DNA of 64,000 nt from Planctomycetota bacterium (GTDB taxonomy: Bacteria; Planctomycetota; UBA1135; GCA-002686595): assembly GCA_026692705.1 (NCBI GenBank), contig JAPLOE010000073.1:4015-68014 (forward strand), written 5' to 3'. The number at the start of each line of letters is the position of its first letter. Positions within the stretch are counted from its first letter, which is position 1. Below, piece by piece: positions 52,701 to 60,095 of the stretch. The notes under the pieces were generated by a model, which was not told the DNA's origin, made no database searches, and saw nothing but the letters and a program-made list of their open reading frames with translations. The position numbers and the translations under genes are program-made.

Positions 52701-52764
52701 CAAGGCTGCGGGCCAGCACCCGTCGGCTCCCAAGCCGCAACCGGCCGTCGAGGACACGGTCTAG
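49753..52764 (+). CDS. secDF: Fused protein-export membrane protein SecDF
   Basis: 1003 aa. The SecD-like half has LGLDIAGGERLLY and a large periplasmic domain. The SecF-like half has GIDFLGGATVKVRT. Two six-TM-type hydrophobic blocks are present. Confidence 0.9.
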   Translation: MVENAGRKVVLIVALIIASIALLAYKPLTTGRAPFPLGLDIAGGERLLYRIDLDQATKEGLITGTGDAADLMQQTIAVIRQRCDNSGNTEAVIRRLGTDRIEVNLPRVSSTRTGLVTAKLAAAISADGLPIVRIDGSQKLLDSFPGSGGTLKIDSERLEYSLRVGNELTLKERGVDSSVADHAAGSTVTLIDGDSIRTALENLGDMRFLAAAQDEDIRRTGTDLLSAEQKLRDWLRKPENTKASIDGYNQLAQEAGGPPRGMEWYPYKIQQGEAAPAMADRRFLLVKKAASTEETFTGANLLRVGPGQDKAGYPAIEFTMNDSDGTAFRFGRFTEKLVDKQLAIVMNDEIITAPTINSPLFGNAIIEGRFGLAERDAMVTVLRSGSLKIKPELESSETVGASIGDDYVRKNLWAGVTTLAIIIGFLLVYYRRLGMWASAVLLLNLLLLMGGMVLLNGTLTLAGIGGIVLTVGMAVDASILIFERIREEQAKGRKPMQAAKDGFDHAMSAIVDGNLTTLITAFILMYVGTGTIRGFAVTLTIGIITTMFCALVALRVCVHFELKRGVQAFEMREFFRNANFKFMSYRKPALLGTAALLVAGVALFAWLPNQRKYGIDFLGGATVKVRTEQPISADALRARVEALGGAMATAEVVDMPGSRDGQGNAREFRITFKSNPDTAKAKGSELENQFKQEIADGLDDLLQKGPIEIKVSGDTASGTLYFEGSHSNADVQAQLANAGFTNGTATSREGQSNVFAVQGNVAGGTEPETLLSALATAFEGQSDTAGREYKLALPIPESSVVGAQVVGELRDSAIKALAISSLLILLYIRVRFAEYSYGWAALLADLHDVVATLAAIAFLVWIPWIKVEMNLTMIAAFLTILGYSLNDTIVVFDRIRENRPRVKGSLLEVCDLSINQTLSRTVITSGTTILSSLVILIFNFGTGNALEGFAFALTFGVVAGTFSSIYIASPLLVYLEARAEKKAKAAGQHPSAPKPQPAVEDTV

Positions 52765-52774
52765 GTCGACGCGA

Positions 52775-53239
52775 ATGCGCGCCCCGCTCGTGCTGCTCGG
52801 CCTCGCGGTCGCCTTCGGGCTGGCCGCGATGTGGCAGTCGAAGCGTTCGGCGGAGCATGCGGCCGCGCGCGAGCTCGCTGCTCGCGCGCAGGCCGGCCAG
52901 GTCGCGGTCTCCGAGAGCGGGCTGCTCGAGCCCGGCGAGGCCTCGATCGTGATCGGTCGGCCGGCGGGCATCGAGATGCCGCAGCGTGGACCCGAGACGG
53001 GTGGCGCGGCCGGCGAGCCGCAGCCCGCTCCCCCCGCCACCACTCCTCCGGCGCCGGAACCGGACTTCACGGTGACGGTCGAGCCCGGGCAGTCGCTTTC
53101 GAAGATCGCGCGCGAGCACTACGGCACGGCGCCGATCGAACTGGTGCGCTCGCTCGCACGCTACAACGGCCTGCCCGACGAGAACGCGATCCGCGCGGGC
53201 CAAGCGCTCAAGCTGCCGCCGATCGAAGCGCTGCGCTGA
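52775..53239 (+). CDS. LysM-domain membrane-anchored or secreted protein
   Basis: 154 aa with an N-terminal hydrophobic segment, a Pro-rich linker and a C-terminal LysM (TVTVEPGQSLSKIAREHYG...YNGLPDENAIRAGQALKLP). It starts 10 nt after secDF. Confidence 0.75.
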   Translation: MRAPLVLLGLAVAFGLAAMWQSKRSAEHAAARELAARAQAGQVAVSESGLLEPGEASIVIGRPAGIEMPQRGPETGGAAGEPQPAPPATTPPAPEPDFTVTVEPGQSLSKIAREHYGTAPIELVRSLARYNGLPDENAIRAGQALKLPPIEALR

Positions 53240-53257
53240 AAACTCGGCTCGCGCCGG

Positions 53258-54532
53258 TCAGCTGTCGGCCGCGAGGCGCGGCTCGAGCGGCTCATCGAGC
53301 GTGCGCGCGACGAGCTTGCCCGACGACGAGCGCTTGAGGTTGCCGAGCGCCGCTTCGGAGATGCGCACGACCATGCGCAGCGCGCGGTCTTCGATCAGCT
53401 CTTCCTCGAGGATCGACGCGATCCTGCGCACCATCGCGATGCCACGACCGTCGGTGACGTCGAACTCGAGCTCGACCCGGGCCGAACGGGCGTCGAGGCG
53501 CCGCGCGACGGCCGCGACCAGTCGCCCGATGCCCTCGCCGGTGCGCGCCGAGACCTGCACGATCTCGTGGCGCAGCTCGCGACCGAGCATCTGCACGGCC
53601 AGCGACTCGCCGATGGCGTCGACCTTGTTGAACACGAGCAATTCGTTGCGGTGCGTCGGTGCGATGCTGTCGAGCACCGCCTCCACCGCCGCCAACTGCG
53701 AGGCGGCGTCGGGATGCGACGCGTCGACGACGTGCAGCAGCAGGTCGGCGTGGATCGCTTCCTCGAGCGTGGCGTGGAACGACGCGACGAGGTGGTGCGG
53801 CAGGCGCTGCAGGAAACCGACCGTGTCGGACAAGAGCACCGTGCGCCCGTCGCCCAAGCGCCACTGCCTCGTGCGAGTGTCGAGCGTCGCGAACAGCATG
53901 TCCGCCGCGAGCTCGTCGGAACCCGTCAGGCGGTTGAGCAACGTCGACTTGCCGGCGTTCGTGTAGCCGACGAGGCCGATCGTGAACTGGTCGGAGCGCG
54001 AGCGCACCTCGCGCAGGCGTCGCTCCTCGATCTCCACGAGCTCGCGCCGCAGGTCGAGCACACGCTTGCGCAACAGGCGCTTGTCGGTCTCCAGCTGCGT
54101 CTCGCCCGGGCCACGCGTGCCGATCGCGCCTTCGTTGCGCTCGAGGTGCGTCCACATGCGCTTGAGCCGCGGCAGCAGGTACTGCGCCTGCGCGAGCTCG
54201 ACCTGCAGCCGCGCCTGACGCGTGCGCGCGCGGCGCGCGAAGATGTCGAGGATCACCTCCGAGCGATCGAGCACCCGCACCTTCCAGACCTTCTCGAGGT
54301 TGCGGATCTGGCCGGGGGTGAGGTCGTTGTCGACGGCGACCGCGTCGGGCTCGAGCAGCTCGACCTCGCGCGCGATCTCCTCGACCTTGCCCATGCCCAT
54401 CAGCGTGCCCGGATCGGGCAGCGGCTTGCGCTGCACGGTGCCGTGGCCGACCGGCTCGGCTCCGGCGGCCTCGAGCAGCGCGCGCAGCTCCGTCAGCGGC
54501 CCCTCGTGCTCGGGCGGCTGGCCGGGGAACAG
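53258..54532 (-). CDS. hflX: GTPase HflX; 5-prime end not assignable
   Basis: Recognisable from ...LFPGQPPEHEGPLTELRALLEAAGAEPVG...GMGKVEEI...DRSEVILDIFARRARTRQARLQVELAQ...GPGETQLE...GYTNAGKSTLLN...DTVGF...NKVD. No ATG, GTG or TTG lies in frame between 54532 (a CTG) and 54715, apart from two upstream GTGs that only add Arg/Ser-rich out-of-frame-looking sequence. Confidence 0.8.
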   Translation of the reverse strand: MFPGQPPEHEGPLTELRALLEAAGAEPVGHGTVQRKPLPDPGTLMGMGKVEEIAREVELLEPDAVAVDNDLTPGQIRNLEKVWKVRVLDRSEVILDIFARRARTRQARLQVELAQAQYLLPRLKRMWTHLERNEGAIGTRGPGETQLETDKRLLRKRVLDLRRELVEIEERRLREVRSRSDQFTIGLVGYTNAGKSTLLNRLTGSDELAADMLFATLDTRTRQWRLGDGRTVLLSDTVGFLQRLPHHLVASFHATLEEAIHADLLLHVVDASHPDAASQLAAVEAVLDSIAPTHRNELLVFNKVDAIGESLAVQMLGRELRHEIVQVSARTGEGIGRLVAAVARRLDARSARVELEFDVTDGRGIAMVRRIASILEEELIEDRALRMVVRISEAALGNLKRSSSGKLVARTLDEPLEPRLAADS

Positions 54533-54539
54533 CCGGCAC

Positions 54540-56222
54540 GCTGTCGCGCACGGGCTCGCGGCCGATGTGCACGGCCTTGATCGTCGCGCCTTCGGTGACC
54601 GGCACGAGCTGCGTGTGCGCGCGCCAGGCCGCACGCGGCTCGGGGAAGTCCTCGCGGAAGTGCGTGCCACGCGACTCCTCGCGCACGGCGGCCGAGACCG
54701 ACGCGAGGTGCGCAATCGTCAGCATGTTGAGCAGCTCCCACGAGCGCGGCTCCGGCGTCGCGAGCTTCTGCACCGCGCGCGCCCAGAACGAGACCTTCTC
54801 CGCGGCGTCGAGGATCATCGGCCCGTTGCGCACGATGCCCATCTGGCGCCACATCAGGCTCTTCAGCGAATACGTCATGTCGTGGATGCCGAGCTTGACG
54901 TCGCTGGAGCCGCTCGGGCGATCGGTGCGCAGGTGGCGATCGATCGGGATCAGCGGGAAGTCCTTGCCGTCCTCCGCCGCGCGCTCGCCGGCCCGCGCGC
55001 CGAGGACCATGCCCTCGAGCAGCGAATTCGAGCCCATGCGGTTCGCGCCGTGCAGGCCGGAGCTCGAGCACTCGCCCGCGGCGAACAGGCCCGGCACGCT
55101 CGTGCGGCCCTCGGAGTCGACCTGGATGCCGCCGATCATGTAGTGCGCGCCGGGGCGCACCGGGATCGGGTCCTTCGCGATGTCGATGCCGAAGTAGCTG
55201 CAGATGCGGCTGATGTGCGGGAAGAGCTGGTGCGGGTCGCGCTCGAGGTCGGACAGGTCGAGGTAGACGCTGGTGTCGTTCGTCTTGACCATCCGGTCGA
55301 AGCAGGCGCGGCTGACGACGTCGCGCGGCGCGAGCTCGGCGGAGGGGTGGTACTCCGGCATGAAGCGCACGCGGTCCTTGTCGAGCAGGATGCCGCCGGC
55401 GCCACGCACGATCTCGCTGATCAGCACGCGCGCCGCGCCCGCGATGTACAGGCACGTCGGGTGGAACTGGAAGAACTCGGGGTCGCGCAGGACCGCGCCC
55501 GCGCGGAACGCCATCGCCACGCCGTCGCCGGTCGCGATCGCGGGGTTGGTGGTCTCGCGGAAGAGCTGGCCCGCACCGCCGGTCGCGAGGATCACCTGCG
55601 CCGCGGAGAACGCGACGAGCTCGCCCCGTTCGGTCTGGCTCAGCACGCCGATCACGCGGCCGTTGGCGCCCGAGATCAGGTCGACGACGAAGTTGTTCTG
55701 GAAGACCGCGATGTCGGGATGGCGCGCGACGGCGCCGGCGAGCGTGCGCTGGATCTCGACGCCGGTCGCGGCGCCTCCGGCGTGCACGATGCGGTGGTGC
55801 GAGTGGCCACCTTCGCGCGAGAGGTCGAGCGCGCCCTTGTTGTCGAGGTCGAACTTCGCACCCCACTCGAGCAGGCGCCGGATCGACTCGGGGCCGCCGC
55901 GCACGACGCGCTCGACGGCTTCGACATCGCAAATGCCGCAACCGACGACGAGCGTGTCGGCGACGTGCGACTCGATCGAGTCCTCGGGGCTGAGCACCGC
56001 GGCCATCCCGCCCTGCGCGTAGACCGTGTTGGTCTCCTGCAGGGTGTCCTTGGCGATCAGGGCGACGGAGCTGCCGGCCTCGGCCGCCGCGAGGGCCGCG
56101 CTCGAGCCCGCCACCCCGCTGCCGACGACGACCACGTCGAACCGGAACATCGCGAGGCTCTTCGCCTGGAAGGGGGCCAGATAGCGCGCAACGTCGAGCG
56201 GGAGGGTCTTGAGTCGGTCCAT
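54540..56222 (-). CDS. nadB: L-aspartate oxidase; 3-prime end unresolved because there is no in-frame stop until 53292
   Basis: ATG at 56222. The product has FDVVVVGSGVAGSSAAL (FAD), ...HAGGAATG..., ...RVLISEIVRGAGGIL..., ...GECSSSGLHGANRMGSNSLLEG... and ...ESRGTHFREDFPE... Similarity ends around residue 560 (near 54540), but the frame stays open through all of hflX. Confidence 0.85.
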
Positions 56223-56327
56223 GGATCGGGAGGCCGCGTGTAGGCGGCCGGGGGGCCATTGTAGCCCGCGAGGTGGCCCTACCTATCGGCGCAGGGCGTT
56301 CCGGGGACGAGAACACGGTCCGCGGGC

Positions 56328-56350
56328 AGCCCTAACGGCGTCCTAGGGCT
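56328..56350. repeat. Inverted repeat AGCCCTA-N9-TAGGGCT in the nadB-lexA intergenic region
   Basis: The repeat was read directly from the sequence. It shares the TAGGG/CCCTA core with the direct repeat at 56495-56515. Confidence 0.7.
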
Positions 56351-56494
56351 CACAAACTGCCCGGACGGGCCTTGCAGGGCCATTTCCTGCCTGCGGGAGG
56401 CCCCACCGGCCCCCGCCGGGCGGCCACAACAGAACTTGGGGCTAACTTTTTGCCACTTGAGACTGGCGGACGCCGTGGACGATGCTAGCGTCTC

Positions 56495-56515
56495 GTTAGG
56501 GCCGCGGTTAGGGCC
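56495..56515. repeat. Direct repeat GTTAGGGCC-gcg-GTTAGGGCC
   Basis: Two exact 9-mers occur 12 nt apart in a stop-codon-rich, lower-GC noncoding stretch. Confidence 0.7.
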
Positions 56516-56653
56516 TCCAGCACTCCCCCGGGGGCCGCTGGAGCACCTGCCGGCGACCCGGCCGGAAGGCTCCCGCCGGCTCGAAGCCAAGCCCGACGCG
56601 AACCACGACCGCCATCTGATCCAGACAGCACCCCAAACGAGGACCCACTCGCC

Positions 56654-56740
56654 ATGGCCCAGATCTTTCACGACGCGCGCAAGGAAGGCCTGACCTTCCT
56701 GTTCTTCCTCGGCCTGATCGCCTTCACCTTTCTCGTGTAG
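56654..56740 (+). CDS. 28-aa hydrophobic peptide (MAQIFHDARKEGLTFLFFLGLIAFTFLV), hypothetical
   Basis: Runs from ATG 56654 to TAG 56738-56740. 25 of 28 codons end in G or C, which is genome-like GC3 inside an otherwise stop-rich noncoding region. GAGGA lies about 10 nt upstream. It has a single predicted TM segment, is 160 nt upstream of lexA on the same strand, and falls below the ORF-track length cutoff. Confidence 0.4.
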   Translation: MAQIFHDARKEGLTFLFFLGLIAFTFLV

Positions 56741-56900
56741 CGCGACCCGCTCGCACCCCTGCTTCTGCCTCCACGCCTTCCCCCACCCGCAGCTCGACCC
56801 GTCCCATGAGCCCCGCCCGTCGCTACGCTCGGCGTCCTGTGCCTGCGCGCAGCGCGGCGGCGGCTCGAACGCCTGCCGCTGCAAGACCCCCGGAGTCACC

Positions 56901-57515
56901 GTGCCCCAAGTTGCCCTGACCAAGCGCCAGCTCCAGATCCTCGACTTCTACCGTGCCTACGTCGCGGAGAACGGCATCAGCCCGACGCTCGAGGAGGTCG
57001 CCCAGCACTTCGGCGTCAACAAGGTCACGATCTTCGGCCACGTCGCCGAACTCGAGCGCAAGGGCGTGCTCGTGCGCTCGGCCAAGGGCGTGAGCCGCGG
57101 AATGCTGATCGCGGACCGCTCCGAACCCGGGGAAACCACGTCGACGAGCTCCGTCACGATCCTCGGCCGCATCGCGGCCGGTGCGCCGATCGAGACCATC
57201 GAGGCGCCCGAGACGCTCGAGCTCGGCGACCTGATCCCGAAGGACCGCGACGTGTACGCCTTGCGCGTCGCCGGCAACTCGATGATCGAGGACGGCATCC
57301 ACGACGGCGACATCGTGCTGATCGAACGCCGCAGCTACGCGCGCGACGGCGAGATGGTCGTGGCGGTGCTGCCCGACGAAGAGGCCACGCTCAAGCGCAT
57401 CTACCGCGAGCCGGGTGGCTTCCGCCTGCAGCCCGCGAACAAGGACCTGTCGCCGATCCACGTCACCAGCATCGAGGTGCGCGGTGCGGTGATCGGCGTG
57501 ATCCGCCGCTTCTAG
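56901..57515 (+). CDS. lexA: LexA repressor (S24 peptidase)
   Basis: 204 aa with a GTG start and an N-terminal wHTH (LTKRQLQILDFYRAYVAENGISPTLEEVAQHFGV...). It has the Ala-Gly cleavage site (GRIAAGAPI), catalytic Ser (VAGNSM) and Lys (EATLKR). Confidence 0.92.
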   Translation: MPQVALTKRQLQILDFYRAYVAENGISPTLEEVAQHFGVNKVTIFGHVAELERKGVLVRSAKGVSRGMLIADRSEPGETTSTSSVTILGRIAAGAPIETIEAPETLELGDLIPKDRDVYALRVAGNSMIEDGIHDGDIVLIERRSYARDGEMVVAVLPDEEATLKRIYREPGGFRLQPANKDLSPIHVTSIEVRGAVIGVIRRF

Positions 57516-57684
57516 CCGCGACAGCGCTCGCCTTCTGCTCGAGCCGTTTCCGGGCCCCTTTGGGGTGCTCGGGAGCGGCTCGCGGCGCTCGTGGGCGACG
57601 CTCGAACGCTCCGCCGCCGTTTGCCGCTGGCGCACCAGCCGCGTAGCCTGACTCCGGGCGTCGCTCGCGCCCGCCGAGGTTCCC

Positions 57685-59181
57685 TTGCTCCGCGCGGCCA
57701 TCGCCCGACTCTTCCGCCACAGCCTGATCTACGCGCTCGCCGAGCAACTCGGTCGGCTGGCCGGATTCCTGCTGCTGCCGCTGACGACCGGGTACCTGAG
57801 CGAGGCGGAGTTCGGCGTGCGCGAGATCCTCGCGACGACCTTGGCGCTCCTCGCGCAGATCTCCGGCCTGAACATCACGGCCGCGATGTCGCGCTTCTAC
57901 TTCGAGGAGCGCGACGAGCGCGAGAAACTCGCGGTGTTCAGCACGGCGTGGCTGACGGTCGGTGCCACCGCCGCCGTGCTCGCGGGCGTCCTCGCGACGA
58001 TGTCGGGCACGCTGGCGAGCTGGTTCCCGGTCGACGCCCCGGGTCTCGAGCACTACCTGCGCATCTCGCTCGCGATCTTCGTCTTCCAGATCCTGCGCGA
58101 GGTCCAGAACAAGATCCTGCAGACGCTCGAGCGCTCGGCCACGTTCGCGACGCTCTCGGTCTCGAAGCTCGTCGTCGAGATCGGGCTGCAGATCTACTTC
58201 CTTGCCGGGCTGAAGCTGGGCCTCGAGGGCCTGCTGTACGCCGTGCTGCTCGCCGAGGCCGGCTTCGCGGCCATCACCGCGCTGATCCTGCTGCCGTCGA
58301 TCGGCCTGCGCTTCCGGCCGGGTCTCTTCCGCGCGATGTTCGCCTTCAGCCTCCCGCTCGTGCCCAACGGCGTGCTGCAGTTCGGCCTGCATTCCGCGGA
58401 CCGCTACGTCGTCGGCGGCATGGGCGGCGACACCGCGCTCGGGCTCTATGCGCTCGCCTACAAGCTCGGTTACATCCCCAACTACCTCGCGCTCGGGCCG
58501 TTCCTGCTGATCTGGTACCCGTTCGTGTTCTCGCTGGGCGCGCAGGAGCGGCAGCGCGAGATGGTCGGCCGGCTCGCCCCCTACTTCCTGTTCCTGATGT
58601 CCGCCGCCGTCGTCGGCGTCGGCGTGTTCGCGCACGAGCTCGTCGATGTCGCGGGGTCGCGACCCGGCTTCCATCGCGCCTGGGTCGCCATTCCCTTCGT
58701 CGCGCTCGGCTACTGGCTGTGGGGCCTGTTCCAGGTGCTGCAGACGGGCCTGTACGCCGCCAAGAAGACACGCCCGCTCCCGGTGCTCACGCTCGCGGCG
58801 CTGCTCGTCAACCTGTACCTCAACTTCGTGCTCGTCCCCACGCTCGGTTTCGTGGGAGCGGCGGTCGCGACCGTGCTGACCTTCGCGACGCTGTGCATCG
58901 CGACCGAGCCCGTGGTGCGCGAGGTGTTCCCGGTCGCCTACCCGTGGCGCAAGATCCTCGCGCCGATCGCGGTTGGCTCACTCGTGATCCTCGTCGCAAG
59001 CCTCCTGCCCGACACGTGGAGCGCCGCCGCGCTGCTGGGCACGCGCGCCGGACTGTTCGCGGCCTGGCTGCTCGCGGCCTGGTTCGGACTCGCCTTCGAC
59101 GCCTCGGAACGCGCGGCAGCCCTGAAGGAACTCGCAATCCGGCTGCAGGGCCTGCGGGCGCGCGGCGGAAGCTCGGGCTAG
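57685..59181 (+). CDS. Polysaccharide/oligosaccharide flippase-like membrane protein (MOP/Wzx-type)
   Basis: 498 aa with about 12-14 hydrophobic segments and typical N-terminal ...LIYALAEQLGRLAGFLLLPLTTGYLSEAEFG... The TTG start is taken from the track. Confidence 0.6.
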   Translation: MLRAAIARLFRHSLIYALAEQLGRLAGFLLLPLTTGYLSEAEFGVREILATTLALLAQISGLNITAAMSRFYFEERDEREKLAVFSTAWLTVGATAAVLAGVLATMSGTLASWFPVDAPGLEHYLRISLAIFVFQILREVQNKILQTLERSATFATLSVSKLVVEIGLQIYFLAGLKLGLEGLLYAVLLAEAGFAAITALILLPSIGLRFRPGLFRAMFAFSLPLVPNGVLQFGLHSADRYVVGGMGGDTALGLYALAYKLGYIPNYLALGPFLLIWYPFVFSLGAQERQREMVGRLAPYFLFLMSAAVVGVGVFAHELVDVAGSRPGFHRAWVAIPFVALGYWLWGLFQVLQTGLYAAKKTRPLPVLTLAALLVNLYLNFVLVPTLGFVGAAVATVLTFATLCIATEPVVREVFPVAYPWRKILAPIAVGSLVILVASLLPDTWSAAALLGTRAGLFAAWLLAAWFGLAFDASERAAALKELAIRLQGLRARGGSSG

Positions 59182-59202
59182 ACTCTGGCGACTTCCCGGA
59201 TC

Positions 59203-60081
59203 ATGGGTGCCAGCTGGAATGAACTGCGGCGCGTCTGCCAGTTGCCCGTGAGAGCCGGCAACGACGTGGCAGGCCTGCTCTTCGGCGATCACGCCTCGCT
59301 CGTGATCACCAAGGTCTTCGTCGACCTCAAGCTGAGCCCGAACTACGCCTCCGTCGGCTTCCTGATCGCCGGCCTGCTCGGCGCCGGCCTGCAGGTCGGG
59401 TCGGGGGCCTGCGCGCTCGCGGGAGCCGTGCTGCTCGTCCTCTATTACGTGCTCGACTGCGTCGACGGCGAGGTCGCGCGCTGGCAGAAGGTCGTCAACG
59501 TCCACTGGGGCTACTTCGACTACCTCTTCCACATGCTGATCAAGCCGCTCGCCTTCTTTGGCGTCGGCCTGGGCTGCCATCTGGCGGGAGACAGCACGTG
59601 GCCGCTGATCGCCGCCTTCGCCGCCGCGGTGTCGACCCTGTGGCGCAAGATCCTGATCGAGATCCCCGGCATCCTGTTCCTCAAGGACGTGCTGCGGAAG
59701 GGAACCGCGCAGCGGCCTGCGGACGCGCCGGCGAGCTCGAGCGCGACGCCGGCCGCGAGCACGAGCGCGAAGGGGCACGAGCCGTTCCGCTTGCGCGCCG
59801 ACCTCGTCACCCTGCGCGCGATCCTGACCAACTTCGACGTCGGCCTGCTGTTCCTCACGGTCGCCTCCGCGCTCGACCTCGCGTTCGACGCTCCGAGCTT
59901 CGGCCCTCTGGGCACGCACTCCTTCCGCGCGCTGTGGCTCGCCTACTACGGCGTGCTCCTGCCGCTCGACTTCCTCGACTACCTCGTGACGTACCTGCGC
60001 AAGCGGCACTTCTCGACGGAAATGACGCGCCTGCTCTCCGCCGCGCACGACTTCCGCGCCGAGGAACGCGAGCAGCGCTGA
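59203..60081 (+). CDS. CDP-alcohol phosphatidyltransferase-like membrane protein (partial motif)
   Basis: 292 aa with ...LSPNYASVGFLIAG... and LDCVDGEVARWQ...GYFDYLFH. This resembles D-G-x2-A-R...G-x3-D-x3-D, but the distal part deviates. Confidence 0.5.
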   Translation: MGASWNELRRVCQLPVRAGNDVAGLLFGDHASLVITKVFVDLKLSPNYASVGFLIAGLLGAGLQVGSGACALAGAVLLVLYYVLDCVDGEVARWQKVVNVHWGYFDYLFHMLIKPLAFFGVGLGCHLAGDSTWPLIAAFAAAVSTLWRKILIEIPGILFLKDVLRKGTAQRPADAPASSSATPAASTSAKGHEPFRLRADLVTLRAILTNFDVGLLFLTVASALDLAFDAPSFGPLGTHSFRALWLAYYGVLLPLDFLDYLVTYLRKRHFSTEMTRLLSAAHDFRAEEREQR

Positions 60082-60095
60082 ACGGCGCGGCCGGA

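Noticed and set aside
53292-54540. The 415-codon C-terminal extension of the nadB frame as real protein
   Set aside because: The sequence is Arg/Ala/Gly/Pro-rich junk that overlaps the clearly conserved hflX frame. It is treated as a consequence of the missing stop (see the finding at 54480-54720), not as a domain.
56837-56852. An E. coli-type LexA box upstream of lexA (CTGT-gcctgcgc-GCAG), and the 10-bp palindrome CTGCGCGCAG
   Set aside because: The distal half has a mismatch (GCAG rather than ACAG), and the core is a pure-GC palindrome of a kind that is frequent in this DNA. There is no reason to expect the gammaproteobacterial motif in this organism.
56279-56923. 214-aa minus-strand ORF, and the 85-aa plus-strand ORF at 56436..56693, in the nadB-lexA intergenic region
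   Set aside because: The composition is not protein-like, with no motifs and poor GC3. The region is full of stops in the other frames and looks genuinely noncoding.
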